Source: Acidimicrobiales bacterium
GTDB taxonomy: Bacteria; Actinomycetota; Acidimicrobiia; Acidimicrobiales; CATQHL01
Direction: 5' to 3'
Assembly: GCA_965116465.1 (NCBI GenBank)
Contig: OZ220687.1
Location: forward strand, 3,016,972-3,080,971
Length of the DNA stretch: 64,000 bases
Numbering within the stretch: the first letter of the stretch is position 1; every line of letters begins with the position of its first letter. The notes under the pieces are model-generated. The model was given only the letters and a program-made list of their open reading frames with translations. It was not told where the DNA came from and ran no database searches. The position numbers were made by a program, and so were the translations under genes. Below are positions 1 through 8,456 of this stretch, piece by piece.

Positions 1-1922
1 GCCCGGTGGTGGCGCACCCTGCGGATCGCGGCGGGGAACGACTGCCGCAGCAGCAGGTCGCTGAACATCTCGAAGCTGTCGTCGGCCACCTGGTCCACGG
101 GCGCCCCGGCGAAGCGGCGGTAGAAGTAGCGCAGGAAGTCGCTGCGGTCGTGGCGGTCGAGGTCCAGCAGCTTCGGCGCCTCGGCGAGCGTGCGGGCCAC
201 CAGGCGGGCTCGCTCGGCGGTCGGCATCCGTTTGGTCGCCAGCCAGCCCCAGGAGGCGACCACGTTCGAGGCCACCAGGGTGTTCTCCAGATCGAAGGCG
301 GCCATGTGGCGCTGCGGGGACAGCACCTGCTGGCGTCGCCGGGTGTCGCGGTCGACGCCGATCCGCACCGCCGGCGCCGTCTTGAGGCGTCCCTGGACGA
401 TCACCGACGGCAGGTGGGTCTCGGTGAGGTAGCGGCGCCAGTCGATCCGGCGCGGATCGAAGTTGAAGTTCTCCCGGTCGTCGGCGCTCAGCGCGTCGTG
501 CAGAGCCAGCAGCTCGCGGATCCCGAAGGTGGCCTGGCACTCCACGTAGCTGCTGTAGAGGTCCACGTAGCTGAGCGCCCGCTCCACCTGGGCGCGCTTC
601 TCGGCGAAGTCGGCGGCGACACCCGCCTTCTCACCGCGGATCGGCAGCGCGCTCAGCACCTTCTCGCCGGTCTCCAGGGCGCGCTTGGCCCGCTCCAGGC
701 TGTTCTGAACGCGCTTGCGGCTGGGATAGGACCAGCGCGGCGGACTGATGGGCTGGTTGCGCTCGTCGTAGATCGGGTTCTCGCAGAACCAGGCGTGGGA
801 CCAGTCGTGCAGATCCTCGAAGCGGAACGGGTTGACCTCGCTGGAGGCCACCTGCACCACCTTCGGCTGCCCGTCCGGCGAGGGGCCGTCGGCGGCCACT
901 GCACACACCGCCGCGGCCACCTGGTCCACGGGGATCACGTCGAGGGTTCCCTCGGGGGTGCCGGGGAAGTCCTGCAGCAGGCCGCGGGCGTAGGAGATGA
1001 TGATCGGCTCGGCCATGCGGAAGCCGCGGATCCAGCCGGGGAAGGGCTCGGACAGGGCCGACTCGATGATCGACGGCCGCACGATCGTGAGCGGGATGGC
1101 GCCGCGGGTCTCCACGATGGCCGCCTCGGCGAGGGCCTTGGTGAGGCCGTAGGCGTCGGGGAACCCCAGCGAGGCTGCCCGCGCCCGGCCCACGTCGACC
1201 AGCCGGGTGCGCACCCAGCGCTGGCGGATCTGCTCGCGCTTGGCGCTGAGCGCGGCGGTTCCGGCGGCGCCGAGTTCGCTGTCGGCCTCCTTGGAGAACT
1301 CCTCGAGCCGCTCCGGGGTGCGGCTCTCGTCCTCGATGGCGTCGCGGTTGCGCCGCGCCGAGGCCGCCTCGGCGCGCCAGTCCACCGCCACGGCGAAGTG
1401 GCTCTCGGCCAGCAGTTCCTCGGGGGCGAATCCCCGCCGGTTGCCCGCCACGTACGCCGTCGAGACCGAGACGAGGTGTGGTGTGGCGCCGATGTCGGCG
1501 AGCAGCTCCACGAGGCGGATCGGCCCCAGCAGGTTTGTCTCCACAGCCAGGTCGAAGGGGTTGTCGAAGGCCACCGCGGCGGCGGCGTGGACGACGGTGT
1601 CGCAGCCGGCCAGCAGTTCCCGGGCGTGCTCGTCGCATCCCAGGCCGTCGAGGCTCACATCCGCGGCGACGGCCTCGATGCGCTGGTCGCACTCGGCGGC
1701 GAAGCCGTCGCGGCCCAGAGCGGCCCGGAGCCGGTCGAAGGCGTCGTTGCGCAGCACCTCCCGGCGGATCCGCTCGGTGGCGCCGCGGCGGCCGGGCCGC
1801 ACCAGCAGGACCAACTCGCACTCGGGCACCGAACGCAGCAGTTTCTCCACCAGGGCGGTGCCCAGGAACCCGGTGGCACCGGTGAGGGCGATGCGCTTGC
1901 CGGCCAGGGCCTCGTGGATCAC
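1..1922 (-). CDS. Fatty acyl-CoA reductase (male-sterility SDR) fused to a C-terminal HAD-IB-like domain; 3' end runs off the window
   Basis: Absent from the ORF track because it has no stop in the window. Manual translation from GTG 1922 (GGAGG SD): MIHEALAGKRIALTGATGFLGTALVEKLL, HAAAAVAFD, HVSTAYV-like, YGLTKALAE, RPSIIES, PFPGWIRG; then AAFDLENTLVASNVV and DRSDFLRYFYRRF (HAD-IB). Confidence 0.85.
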   Translation of the reverse strand, partial: MIHEALAGKRIALTGATGFLGTALVEKLLRSVPECELVLLVRPGRRGATERIRREVLRNDAFDRLRAALGRDGFAAECDQRIEAVAADVSLDGLGCDEHARELLAGCDTVVHAAAAVAFDNPFDLAVETNLLGPIRLVELLADIGATPHLVSVSTAYVAGNRRGFAPEELLAESHFAVAVDWRAEAASARRNRDAIEDESRTPERLEEFSKEADSELGAAGTAALSAKREQIRQRWVRTRLVDVGRARAASLGFPDAYGLTKALAEAAIVETRGAIPLTIVRPSIIESALSEPFPGWIRGFRMAEPIIISYARGLLQDFPGTPEGTLDVIPVDQVAAAVCAVAADGPSPDGQPKVVQVASSEVNPFRFEDLHDWSHAWFCENPIYDERNQPISPPRWSYPSRKRVQNSLERAKRALETGEKVLSALPIRGEKAGVAADFAEKRAQVERALSYVDLYSSYVECQATFGIRELLALHDALSADDRENFNFDPRRIDWRRYLTETHLPSVIVQGRLKTAPAVRIGVDRDTRRRQQVLSPQRHMAAFDLENTLVASNVVASWGWLATKRMPTAERARLVARTLAEAPKLLDLDRHDRSDFLRYFYRRFAGAPVDQVADDSFEMFSDLLLRQSFPAAIRRVRHHR

Positions 1923-1930
1923 CCTCCTTT

Positions 1931-2013
1931 TCTACCATGTGGTAGAGGCATCTACCACGCGGTAAGGAGATGGGGGCGATCGGTCCGGCGGTCCTGCTCT
2001 ACCAGATGGTAGA
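1931..2013. promoter_or_regulatory. Three copies of the palindromic operator TCTACCA-N2-TGGTAGA (likely TetR sites)
   Basis: Perfect copies at 1931-1946 and 1998-2013, imperfect copy at 1951-1966, in the divergent FAR/TetR intergenic region. Confidence 0.8.
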
Positions 2014-2034
2014 GAACTGGGGGCGCAACTAGGC

Positions 2035-2655
2035 TTGCCGCTGGTGGATACCCGGGACCGAATTCTCGAGGCGGCGCTCGTGTCCTTCGGCGGGCGCGGT
2101 TACGACGCTGTGTCGCTGGACTCCATCGCCCGCGACAGCGGAATACGCAAGCAGACCGTCCTGTACCACTTCGGGTCCAAGGACGCCCTCATGGAGGCGG
2201 TGATCGACCGCACGGTGACTGGTCTGACTGCGGCGTTGCTGGAGTCGGTGGAGGCGGCGCCCGCGGTCACCGTTGCCGACGGAGAGCCGCCCGATGCCTG
2301 GGCGGGGGTGGAGGCGGTGGTGCGGGCGGTGTTCCGCTTCGCCGTGCGCCGCCCCGAGATGCTGGGACTGCTGCGCGAGGTCACCCGCCTGGGGCCGCCG
2401 TGGATCGACCGGGTGCGCACCGGCTTCGAGCCGCTGGTGGATCGCGCCCGCGCCTTTCTCGAGGCCGGCATGGAATCGGGGACGATCCGCCGCTGCGACG
2501 CCCGGCTGCTGCTCGTCTCCACCTATTCCACGGTGATGGGAGTGGCGACCGAGGTGGAGGTGTTGCGAACCGTCGGCGTGGAGCCCACCCTCCGCGACAC
2601 CGTCATCCGCCGCCGCGAACTCCTCCGCTTCCTCCGCTCGGCTCTGGTCGGCTGA
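2035..2655 (+). CDS. TetR/AcrR family transcriptional regulator
   Basis: TRDRILEAALVSFGGRGYDAVSLDSIARDSGIRKQTVLYHFGSKDAL HTH; true start may be GTG 2044. Confidence 0.93.
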   Translation: MPLVDTRDRILEAALVSFGGRGYDAVSLDSIARDSGIRKQTVLYHFGSKDALMEAVIDRTVTGLTAALLESVEAAPAVTVADGEPPDAWAGVEAVVRAVFRFAVRRPEMLGLLREVTRLGPPWIDRVRTGFEPLVDRARAFLEAGMESGTIRRCDARLLLVSTYSTVMGVATEVEVLRTVGVEPTLRDTVIRRRELLRFLRSALVG

Positions 2656-2718
2656 ACCCCGGAACCACCGGCCGGAGGTTGAGACGTCGCCGGGCCTGCG
2701 ACCTGGGGATGGGTGTCC

Positions 2719-3153
2719 CTAGCGTCCGCTGTCGATCGTGAGATACTCGCCGAGTTCCGACATCGCAGCGCGGATCTGGGGCCCGTCGTCGCCGACCCAG
2801 ACGCAGAGCGGCCCACCGAGCCTCTCGGCTGCGGCCACGGCTTCGGCACCCAGATTCGACAGCCGGTAGGCGGCGCACAGTTCGGCCATGCGGAACGCCA
2901 GGTCTTGCATCGGTAGCAGTTCGATCCTGTCGGGGAGCGCGATGAGCTGCCGGCCGAGCGCCCGGCGCACGTCGGGTCGCAACGAACCGGTCAGGGCGCC
3001 GCCCCGTGCGAACGAGACGCTCTTGGAGAGGCGCAGGAAGTACAGGTTGGTCGTCGCGGGCTCGTGGTCAGCCAGCACGTCTGCGAGCCCGCGACCGACG
3101 TTGCCGGTGAGCAGGTCCCGGAGAAGATGGTCGTCGAGGACTGCTCGGCTCAC
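2719..3153 (-). CDS. Divergent PIN-domain (VapC-like) toxin
   Basis: N-terminal AVLDD strand and C-terminal AEAVAAAERLG-LCV--DD pattern; 4-nt overlap with the AbrB-like gene. Confidence 0.6.
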   Translation of the reverse strand: MSRAVLDDHLLRDLLTGNVGRGLADVLADHEPATTNLYFLRLSKSVSFARGGALTGSLRPDVRRALGRQLIALPDRIELLPMQDLAFRMAELCAAYRLSNLGAEAVAAAERLGGPLCVWVGDDGPQIRAAMSELGEYLTIDSGR

Positions 3154-3389
3154 GTGGTGGCGAGGTCGGGATCGTCGGCCAGCGCCCGGACGAAGGCGGC
3201 GTGCTCGTCACGGCTCAGCAGGTCGTTGAGCAATTGGCGTCCCTCACCCTTGGGCACGGTCAAGACGCCGAAGCCGAGGTCCAGCACATCCACGGGCCCG
3301 CCCGCTTCCAGGCCCCAGCGGCGTCGGGCCGCGGCCGGCAGCGACATCTGCCCCGACGACGACACCTTGAACTCCTGTGTGGTACTCGT
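3150..3389 (-). CDS. AbrB/MazE/SpoVT-family antitoxin
   Basis: KVSSSGQMSLPAAARRRWGL--GGPVDVLD swapped-hairpin signature; start is GTG 3365 or ACG 3389. Confidence 0.8.
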   Translation of the reverse strand, partial: TSTTQEFKVSSSGQMSLPAAARRRWGLEAGGPVDVLDLGFGVLTVPKGEGRQLLNDLLSRDEHAAFVRALADDPDLATT

Positions 3390-3399
3390 GGTGTCAGCC

Positions 3400-3430
3400 T
3401 ACTTGGTAAGGGATGGCTAGCCACCAAGTA
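3400..3430. promoter_or_regulatory. Inverted repeat TACTTGGT-N15-ACCAAGTA abutting a -10 box (TAGGCT, minus strand); probable TA auto-operator
   Basis: Seen in sequence directly upstream of the AbrB-PIN pair. Confidence 0.55.
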
Positions 3431-3509
3431 CTCCGTTCAAAGCCCGGGCAGTTGACGGATCGACGACCGAGTGCGAGTTGGCGGTTACGAGGTCCGCCGT
3501 GCCACCGCT

Positions 3510-3540
3510 GGGTCTCAAGCAAGCTGACTGCTTGAGACCC
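3510..3540. repeat. Perfect 12-bp inverted repeat with 7-nt loop
   Basis: GGGTCTCAAGCA-agctgac-TGCTTGAGACCC. Confidence 0.6.
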
Positions 3541-3736
3541 GGGGCTCACCTGGCCCGCGGGGTCGGTATTCGTGGGGTGACGGGAACTACTCTGCGGTCT
3601 CACTCGTCGTATGGGACATGATGAGCGCGGGTTGCTTCGGACAGCGATCGGGGCGTTCGGCCCTGACCCTCAACTCCAGGGGTCAGTCAACAGTGCCGCT
3701 CGCCGCTCAGGACCGACGGGAACGGTCAGGGGGTTT

Positions 3737-5608
3737 GTGATATTGGGTGCGGCTCGGTCGAGGTGGTTTGCGGTGTCCGCCGGCTTGGTGTTGGTGGCAA
3801 CGGCGTGCAGCGGCACAGGCTCAACCAGTGCCACAATCCCCGAGGCTCAGACGCCGGCAGTCGCGGTTTCCGGCGCGGCGTCCGAGTCGGAGTCTCCGCC
3901 GCCTCCGGTGGCTCAGACCACCACGCGACCGAATGAACCACCGACTCCACGAGGTTCAGGTCCGCAGGTCACAGCTGCTGACGGCTACACGGCTGTCACC
4001 GTCGGACTTGGCCAATCGTGCGCCTTGCGTGCGGAGGGGACCATTGTCTGCTGGGGTTCCAACGACTTCGGCCGGTTGGATGCGCCGGCTGGTGTCTTCG
4101 CCGCTATCAGCTCCGGACGTAACCACTTGTGCGGCTTGCGCGTCGAGGGGATGATCGTCTGCTGGGGGGGCACCAACGTCTGGGGTCAGTTGGATGCGCC
4201 GGCGGGCGCCTTCGCCGCTATCAGCGCCGGGGATGACCATTCGTGCGGACTCCGCACCGATGGCACGGTCGTCTGCTGGGGAGACAACCACTACGGACAG
4301 GCGGATGCGCCGGCGGGCGCCTTCGCCTCTGTAAGCGCCAGCATTGACTATTCGTGCGGCTTGCGCGTCGAGGGGATGATCGTCTGCTGGGGCGACAACT
4401 ACTTCGGCCAGGCGGATGCGCCGGCGGGCGTCTTCGCTGCTGTCAGCACCGGGTATGCACATTCGTGCGGCTTGCGTGTCGAGGGGACGATCGTCTGCTG
4501 GGGCGCCAAAGAAGGCTCGAAAATCGCGAGCGGTCCGTTCTGGGGCTTCAACCACTTCGGTCAGTTGGACGCCCCGGCGGGTACCTTTGTGGCTGTCAGC
4601 GCCGGCTCTGTCCATTCGTGCGCCTTGCGCGCCGAGGGGACCGTCGTGTGCTGGGGCGACAACCGCGACGGTGAGTCGGATGCGCCGGCGGGCGTCTACG
4701 CCGCCGTCAGCGCGGGCTCTGGCGTTTCGTGCGGCTTGCGCGTCGAGGGGACGATCGTCTGCTGGGGCGGCGACGACTTCGATCGGGTAGACGCGCCGGC
4801 GGGCGCCTTCGCCGCTGTCAGTGTCGGGGGGCTGCATTCGTGCGGCCTGCGCACCGACGACACGATCGCCTGCTGGGGGAGCAACTATCACGGTGAGTCG
4901 GATGCGCCGGCGGGCGCCTTTGCCGCCGTCAGCGCCGGCTCAGGGCATTCGTGCGGCTTGCGCACCGATGAAACGATCATCTGCTGGGGCCGCGACGACT
5001 CCGGCCACCACGGCAGCTACTTCGGACAGGCGGACGCGCCACCGGGCACATTCGCGGCTGTCAGCGCCGGGCTCGATCATTCGTGCGGCCTCCGAACCGA
5101 TGACACGGTCATCTGCTGGGGCGACAACTTCGAGGGTCAGTCGGACGCGCCGGGGGGCGCCTTCGCCGCTGTCAGCGCCGGCAGTTGGCACTCTTGCGGC
5201 ATACGCGCCGATGACACGATCATCTGCTGGGGGAATAACTCCCGCGGTGGGTTGGATGCGCCGGCGGGCGCCTTTGCCGCTGTAAGCGCCGACGATGGCT
5301 ATTCGTGTGGCTTGCGCCTCGATGGCACCCTCGTCTGCTGGGGAAGCAGGCACTTCGATTGGGCGGCCCCGCCGGAGGGCGCCTTCGCCACTGTCAGCGC
5401 CGGCTTCTACCGTTCGTGCGGCGTACGCGCCGATGGCACGATCGTCTGCTGGGGACTCGTCCCCTACGGTGGGTTGGACCCGCCGGCGGGCGCCTTCGTC
5501 GCTGTCGACGTCGGCTCTAGCCATTCGTGCGGTCTACGCACCAACGGAACAATCCAGTGCTGGAGCTGGATCACGAAACTGCGCGAAGGCATTAGTTGGG
5601 TGCCCTAG
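3737..5608 (+). CDS. RCC1/BLIP-II repeat beta-propeller lipoprotein (14 repeats)
   Basis: Signal peptide with lipobox LVATAC, Pro/Thr linker, 14 repeats of about 37 aa (GaFaAvSaGxxHSCGLRxDGTivCWG--DAPA); start placed at GTG 3737. Confidence 0.88.
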   Translation: MILGAARSRWFAVSAGLVLVATACSGTGSTSATIPEAQTPAVAVSGAASESESPPPPVAQTTTRPNEPPTPRGSGPQVTAADGYTAVTVGLGQSCALRAEGTIVCWGSNDFGRLDAPAGVFAAISSGRNHLCGLRVEGMIVCWGGTNVWGQLDAPAGAFAAISAGDDHSCGLRTDGTVVCWGDNHYGQADAPAGAFASVSASIDYSCGLRVEGMIVCWGDNYFGQADAPAGVFAAVSTGYAHSCGLRVEGTIVCWGAKEGSKIASGPFWGFNHFGQLDAPAGTFVAVSAGSVHSCALRAEGTVVCWGDNRDGESDAPAGVYAAVSAGSGVSCGLRVEGTIVCWGGDDFDRVDAPAGAFAAVSVGGLHSCGLRTDDTIACWGSNYHGESDAPAGAFAAVSAGSGHSCGLRTDETIICWGRDDSGHHGSYFGQADAPPGTFAAVSAGLDHSCGLRTDDTVICWGDNFEGQSDAPGGAFAAVSAGSWHSCGIRADDTIICWGNNSRGGLDAPAGAFAAVSADDGYSCGLRLDGTLVCWGSRHFDWAAPPEGAFATVSAGFYRSCGVRADGTIVCWGLVPYGGLDPPAGAFVAVDVGSSHSCGLRTNGTIQCWSWITKLREGISWVP

Positions 5609-5739
5609 AGGACCGGGCGGGCCGCCGCCGGCAAACACAGTGCGACGGCGCGGCTCTGGAAGTCATCGGTGTCCAGTATCAGGAACCTGAAACAACTCCG
5701 GGGTCCAGTGGTTGAGTGGGCGGTCTCGGCGACCGGCTC

Positions 5740-6993
5740 TCACTGCGTCCTGTTGGCGGGTGGTTGCCAGAGGGTGCTGGTGGGGAGTGCCCAGACGCGA
5801 TCGTCGATCCGGTAGGGGAGTTGCCCGCTGTACAGCACGGCGCCGTAGTGGAAGGCCGCGCCGAGGCGGTCGCGCAGCCACAGGAGGTGCCGGGCGTCGT
5901 CCCGGCCGACGCTTGTGGCCGACTTGACCTCGAGGCCGACGACACGGCCGCGGCGTTCGAGCAGGAAGTCGATCTCGCGCCCGTCACGGTTGCGGTAGTG
6001 GAACAGGCCGGTCGCCGCGGAGGCGGTCTCGACATGGGCCAGCAGTTCGGTGGCGACGAAGGTCTCGAAGAGCTGGCCGGCCAGCACGCCGTCGCGGGTC
6101 AGGGTCTCGGCGTCGGCGTTCAGCAGTTGGGTGGCGAGACCGGGGTCGGTGAGGTGGATCCGCGGCGAGCGCGTGAGCCGACGGATCCGGTTGTTGTGCC
6201 ATGCAGGGACAAGCACAACGATCGAGAGGTCCTCCAGCAGCCTCACGTGGCCGTCGGCGGTCGCGCGGGACACGTCGGCGTCTCGTGCTACCGCTTCCTT
6301 GTTGAGTTCCCGGCCGGTACGGGCCGCGCACGAGCGCAGCACACTCCGCAGCAGTCGTGCCCGCGGGTGGGAGCCGGTGATCTGCGGGGCGTCGCGTTCG
6401 GTGAGTTGCTCGGCGTAGGCATCGAACCAGCGGGACAGGTTCCGACCCGAGTGCCGCAGTGCCGCGGGGAAGCGGCCCGCCGCAATCCGGTCGATGTAGC
6501 CGGAGCGGCTCACCTGCGAGGCTGCGAAGGTGGGAGCGTCGCCGGCGAACCAGGTGTCGATGGGGTTGTAGGCATTGTCATGCGCCAGTTCGGACTGGGT
6601 GAGACCGTACATGCGCACCCGGATCAGCCGACCCGTGCCGGGCCAGGTCTGACCGCCGAGAGCCGCGCGGGCCGATCCGGTCACGATGTAGCGACCCGGC
6701 GTTCGCGCTTCGTCGGCGTCGACGGCGCGCTTCACCGCCGTCAGGATCTCCGGCGCCTCCTGCCACTCGTCGATGACGACAGTCCCCGAGGTGGCGGCGA
6801 GCACCCCGTCGGGGTCGTCCTGCGCCGCTTGCCTGGGTCCTGGCGCCGACAGGTCGATCACCGTGTCACCGAGCCGACCTGCGGTGGTTGACTTCCCGGC
6901 GCCACGCGGTCCGACCAGGAAGACCGCCGGGAAGTTGGGAAGCAGTTCCCCGGCAAGCAGCCTCTCGACGATTCTCGGATACAGGTCGGCCAT
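5740..6993 (-). CDS. AAA_14 + DUF4143 ATP-binding protein
   Basis: Walker A GPRGAGKST, Walker B VVIDEWQ, IVTGSA, DPGLA, FETFV, YR--DGREIDFLLE---GLEVKS. Confidence 0.92.
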   Translation of the reverse strand: MADLYPRIVERLLAGELLPNFPAVFLVGPRGAGKSTTAGRLGDTVIDLSAPGPRQAAQDDPDGVLAATSGTVVIDEWQEAPEILTAVKRAVDADEARTPGRYIVTGSARAALGGQTWPGTGRLIRVRMYGLTQSELAHDNAYNPIDTWFAGDAPTFAASQVSRSGYIDRIAAGRFPAALRHSGRNLSRWFDAYAEQLTERDAPQITGSHPRARLLRSVLRSCAARTGRELNKEAVARDADVSRATADGHVRLLEDLSIVVLVPAWHNNRIRRLTRSPRIHLTDPGLATQLLNADAETLTRDGVLAGQLFETFVATELLAHVETASAATGLFHYRNRDGREIDFLLERRGRVVGLEVKSATSVGRDDARHLLWLRDRLGAAFHYGAVLYSGQLPYRIDDRVWALPTSTLWQPPANRTQ

Positions 6994-7027
6994 GCTCGGG
7001 AGCTTACATCAACAATGCGAAATTAGG

Positions 7028-7084
7028 CGATTTGACGAGAGTTTATTTTACGAATTGTCGAGGAAATTTTCGGCGAATTGACGA
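7028..7084. repeat. Three 11-bp direct repeats CGA(A/T)TTG(A/T)CGA at exact 23-bp period in an AT-rich promoter
   Basis: Copies start at 7028, 7051 and 7074, upstream of TAAGCT (-10) of the DUF4143 gene. Confidence 0.65.
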
Positions 7085-7145
7085 ATCGGTGCGGCGCGAT
7101 CTGCCGAACGAGGCGTCGTCCGGGCGCGGCGGCGGTGAATTCGGT

Positions 7146-8225
7146 TCAGCGTGTCGTGCGGGTGTGGGTGGCGCGGCGGTGGTGGCGGTTGAGGGCCAGG
7201 TGGACCAGTTCGGCGATGAGCGCCGGGCCGTCGAGGCCGGAGACGGCCCAGAGGCGGGGGTACATGGAGATGGGGGTGAACCCCGGCATCGTGTTGATCT
7301 CGCTGACGACGAGACGTCGCTCGGGCGACGCGGCGTCGTCGAAGAGGAAGTCCACTCTGGCGAGGCCCTCCACGTGCAGCGCCTGCGCGGCTGCGGCGGC
7401 GAGTCGCTGCACCTCTGCGACGATGTCGTCGGGGAGATCCGCCGGGGCGTGCAGCTCGGTGGCGTCGTTCAGGTACTTGTCGGCGTAATCGTAGAACTCG
7501 CCGCCGGGCACGATCTCGCCGGGCAGGGAGGCCCGCAACTCCTCGTTGCCCAGAACCGACACCTCGATCTCCCGCCCGGGCACGAACTCCTCGACGATCA
7601 GCCGATCGTCGTAGCCGGCGGCCAGCGCCAGTGCGTCGGCGACCTGCGCCGCACCGGCGGCCTTGGAGATGCCGATCGAGGAGCCCAGGTTGGCCGGCTT
7701 CACGAAGACCGGGCTGCCCAGCTCACCGAGCAGTGCGGCCGGGGTCTCGGCGGTCACATCGCGGCTGCGGATCTCGGCGTGGCGGGCCACCGGCAGTCCC
7801 GCTGCCGCCAGCAGGCGCTTGGAGACCGGCTTGTCCATGCACACCGCGCTGGACAGCACGCCAGGTCCCACGTAGGGCACGCCGGCCATCTCGCACAGGC
7901 CCTGCACGGTGCCGTCCTCGCCGAAGGGTCCGTGCAGGACGGGGAAGACCACGAGCGGCCCATCGGCCTGCTGCTCCAGCGCCCGGTCCACCGACACTGT
8001 CGGGAGGTCGTCGCCGGGGGCGGGCAGGGCGTCGCCGGCCGCGCCGTGCTCCAAGGCCGCCGCCGGTGGCCGCACCCAGCGGCCGTCGCGGGTGATGCCG
8101 ACGAGATCCACGTCGAGCCCCGCGGCGCGGGCGCAGGTGGCTACGTAGCGGCCCGAGGTCCGCGAGACCTCGTGTTCGGCCGATCGGCCGCCGTACAGTA
8201 CGACCAGCCGGATGCGCTCGGTCAC
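7146..8225 (-). CDS. ddl: D-alanine--D-alanine ligase
   Basis: VVLYGGRSAEHEVS, FPVLHGPFGEDGTVQG, MDK, FVKPANLGSSIGISK, EINTMPGFTPISMYP; start GTG 8225 (the ORF track over-extends). Confidence 0.96.
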   Translation of the reverse strand: MTERIRLVVLYGGRSAEHEVSRTSGRYVATCARAAGLDVDLVGITRDGRWVRPPAAALEHGAAGDALPAPGDDLPTVSVDRALEQQADGPLVVFPVLHGPFGEDGTVQGLCEMAGVPYVGPGVLSSAVCMDKPVSKRLLAAAGLPVARHAEIRSRDVTAETPAALLGELGSPVFVKPANLGSSIGISKAAGAAQVADALALAAGYDDRLIVEEFVPGREIEVSVLGNEELRASLPGEIVPGGEFYDYADKYLNDATELHAPADLPDDIVAEVQRLAAAAAQALHVEGLARVDFLFDDAASPERRLVVSEINTMPGFTPISMYPRLWAVSGLDGPALIAELVHLALNRHHRRATHTRTTR

Positions 8226-8456
8226 GTGCGCCACGCTACCGGTGGTGCCCGGCCGCCCGAGGCACCTGGTCCGGTCCCGCCCAGCGAGGTGTGAAGCCCT
8301 GCCCGCCAGATCAACAGCCCTTCCGCCCAGACCAGCCGCCCGGCCGGCCTGGGCGACAGTCCCGCCCAGCGCGCTGTCAGGTTCGCCCGCCGGGGCCGCG
8401 GTTTCGCCGGCGACGGTAGCCCCGGTGCCCGGGGGGATTGCCGGGAGTGTCGGGCT

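Noticed and set aside
6-2012. 668-aa plus-strand ORF and other long antisense ORFs (e.g. 39864-43061, 50466-53945, 60184-61737, 29518-31347)
   Set aside because: They are shadow frames of real opposite-strand genes in high-GC DNA and show no domain motifs
3980-5570. RCC1 nucleotide repeats as a CRISPR array or DGR target
   Set aside because: The repeats are in-frame coding units of about 111 bp. NNC codons at variable sites are expected from GC3 bias, and no reverse transcriptase or template repeat is in the window
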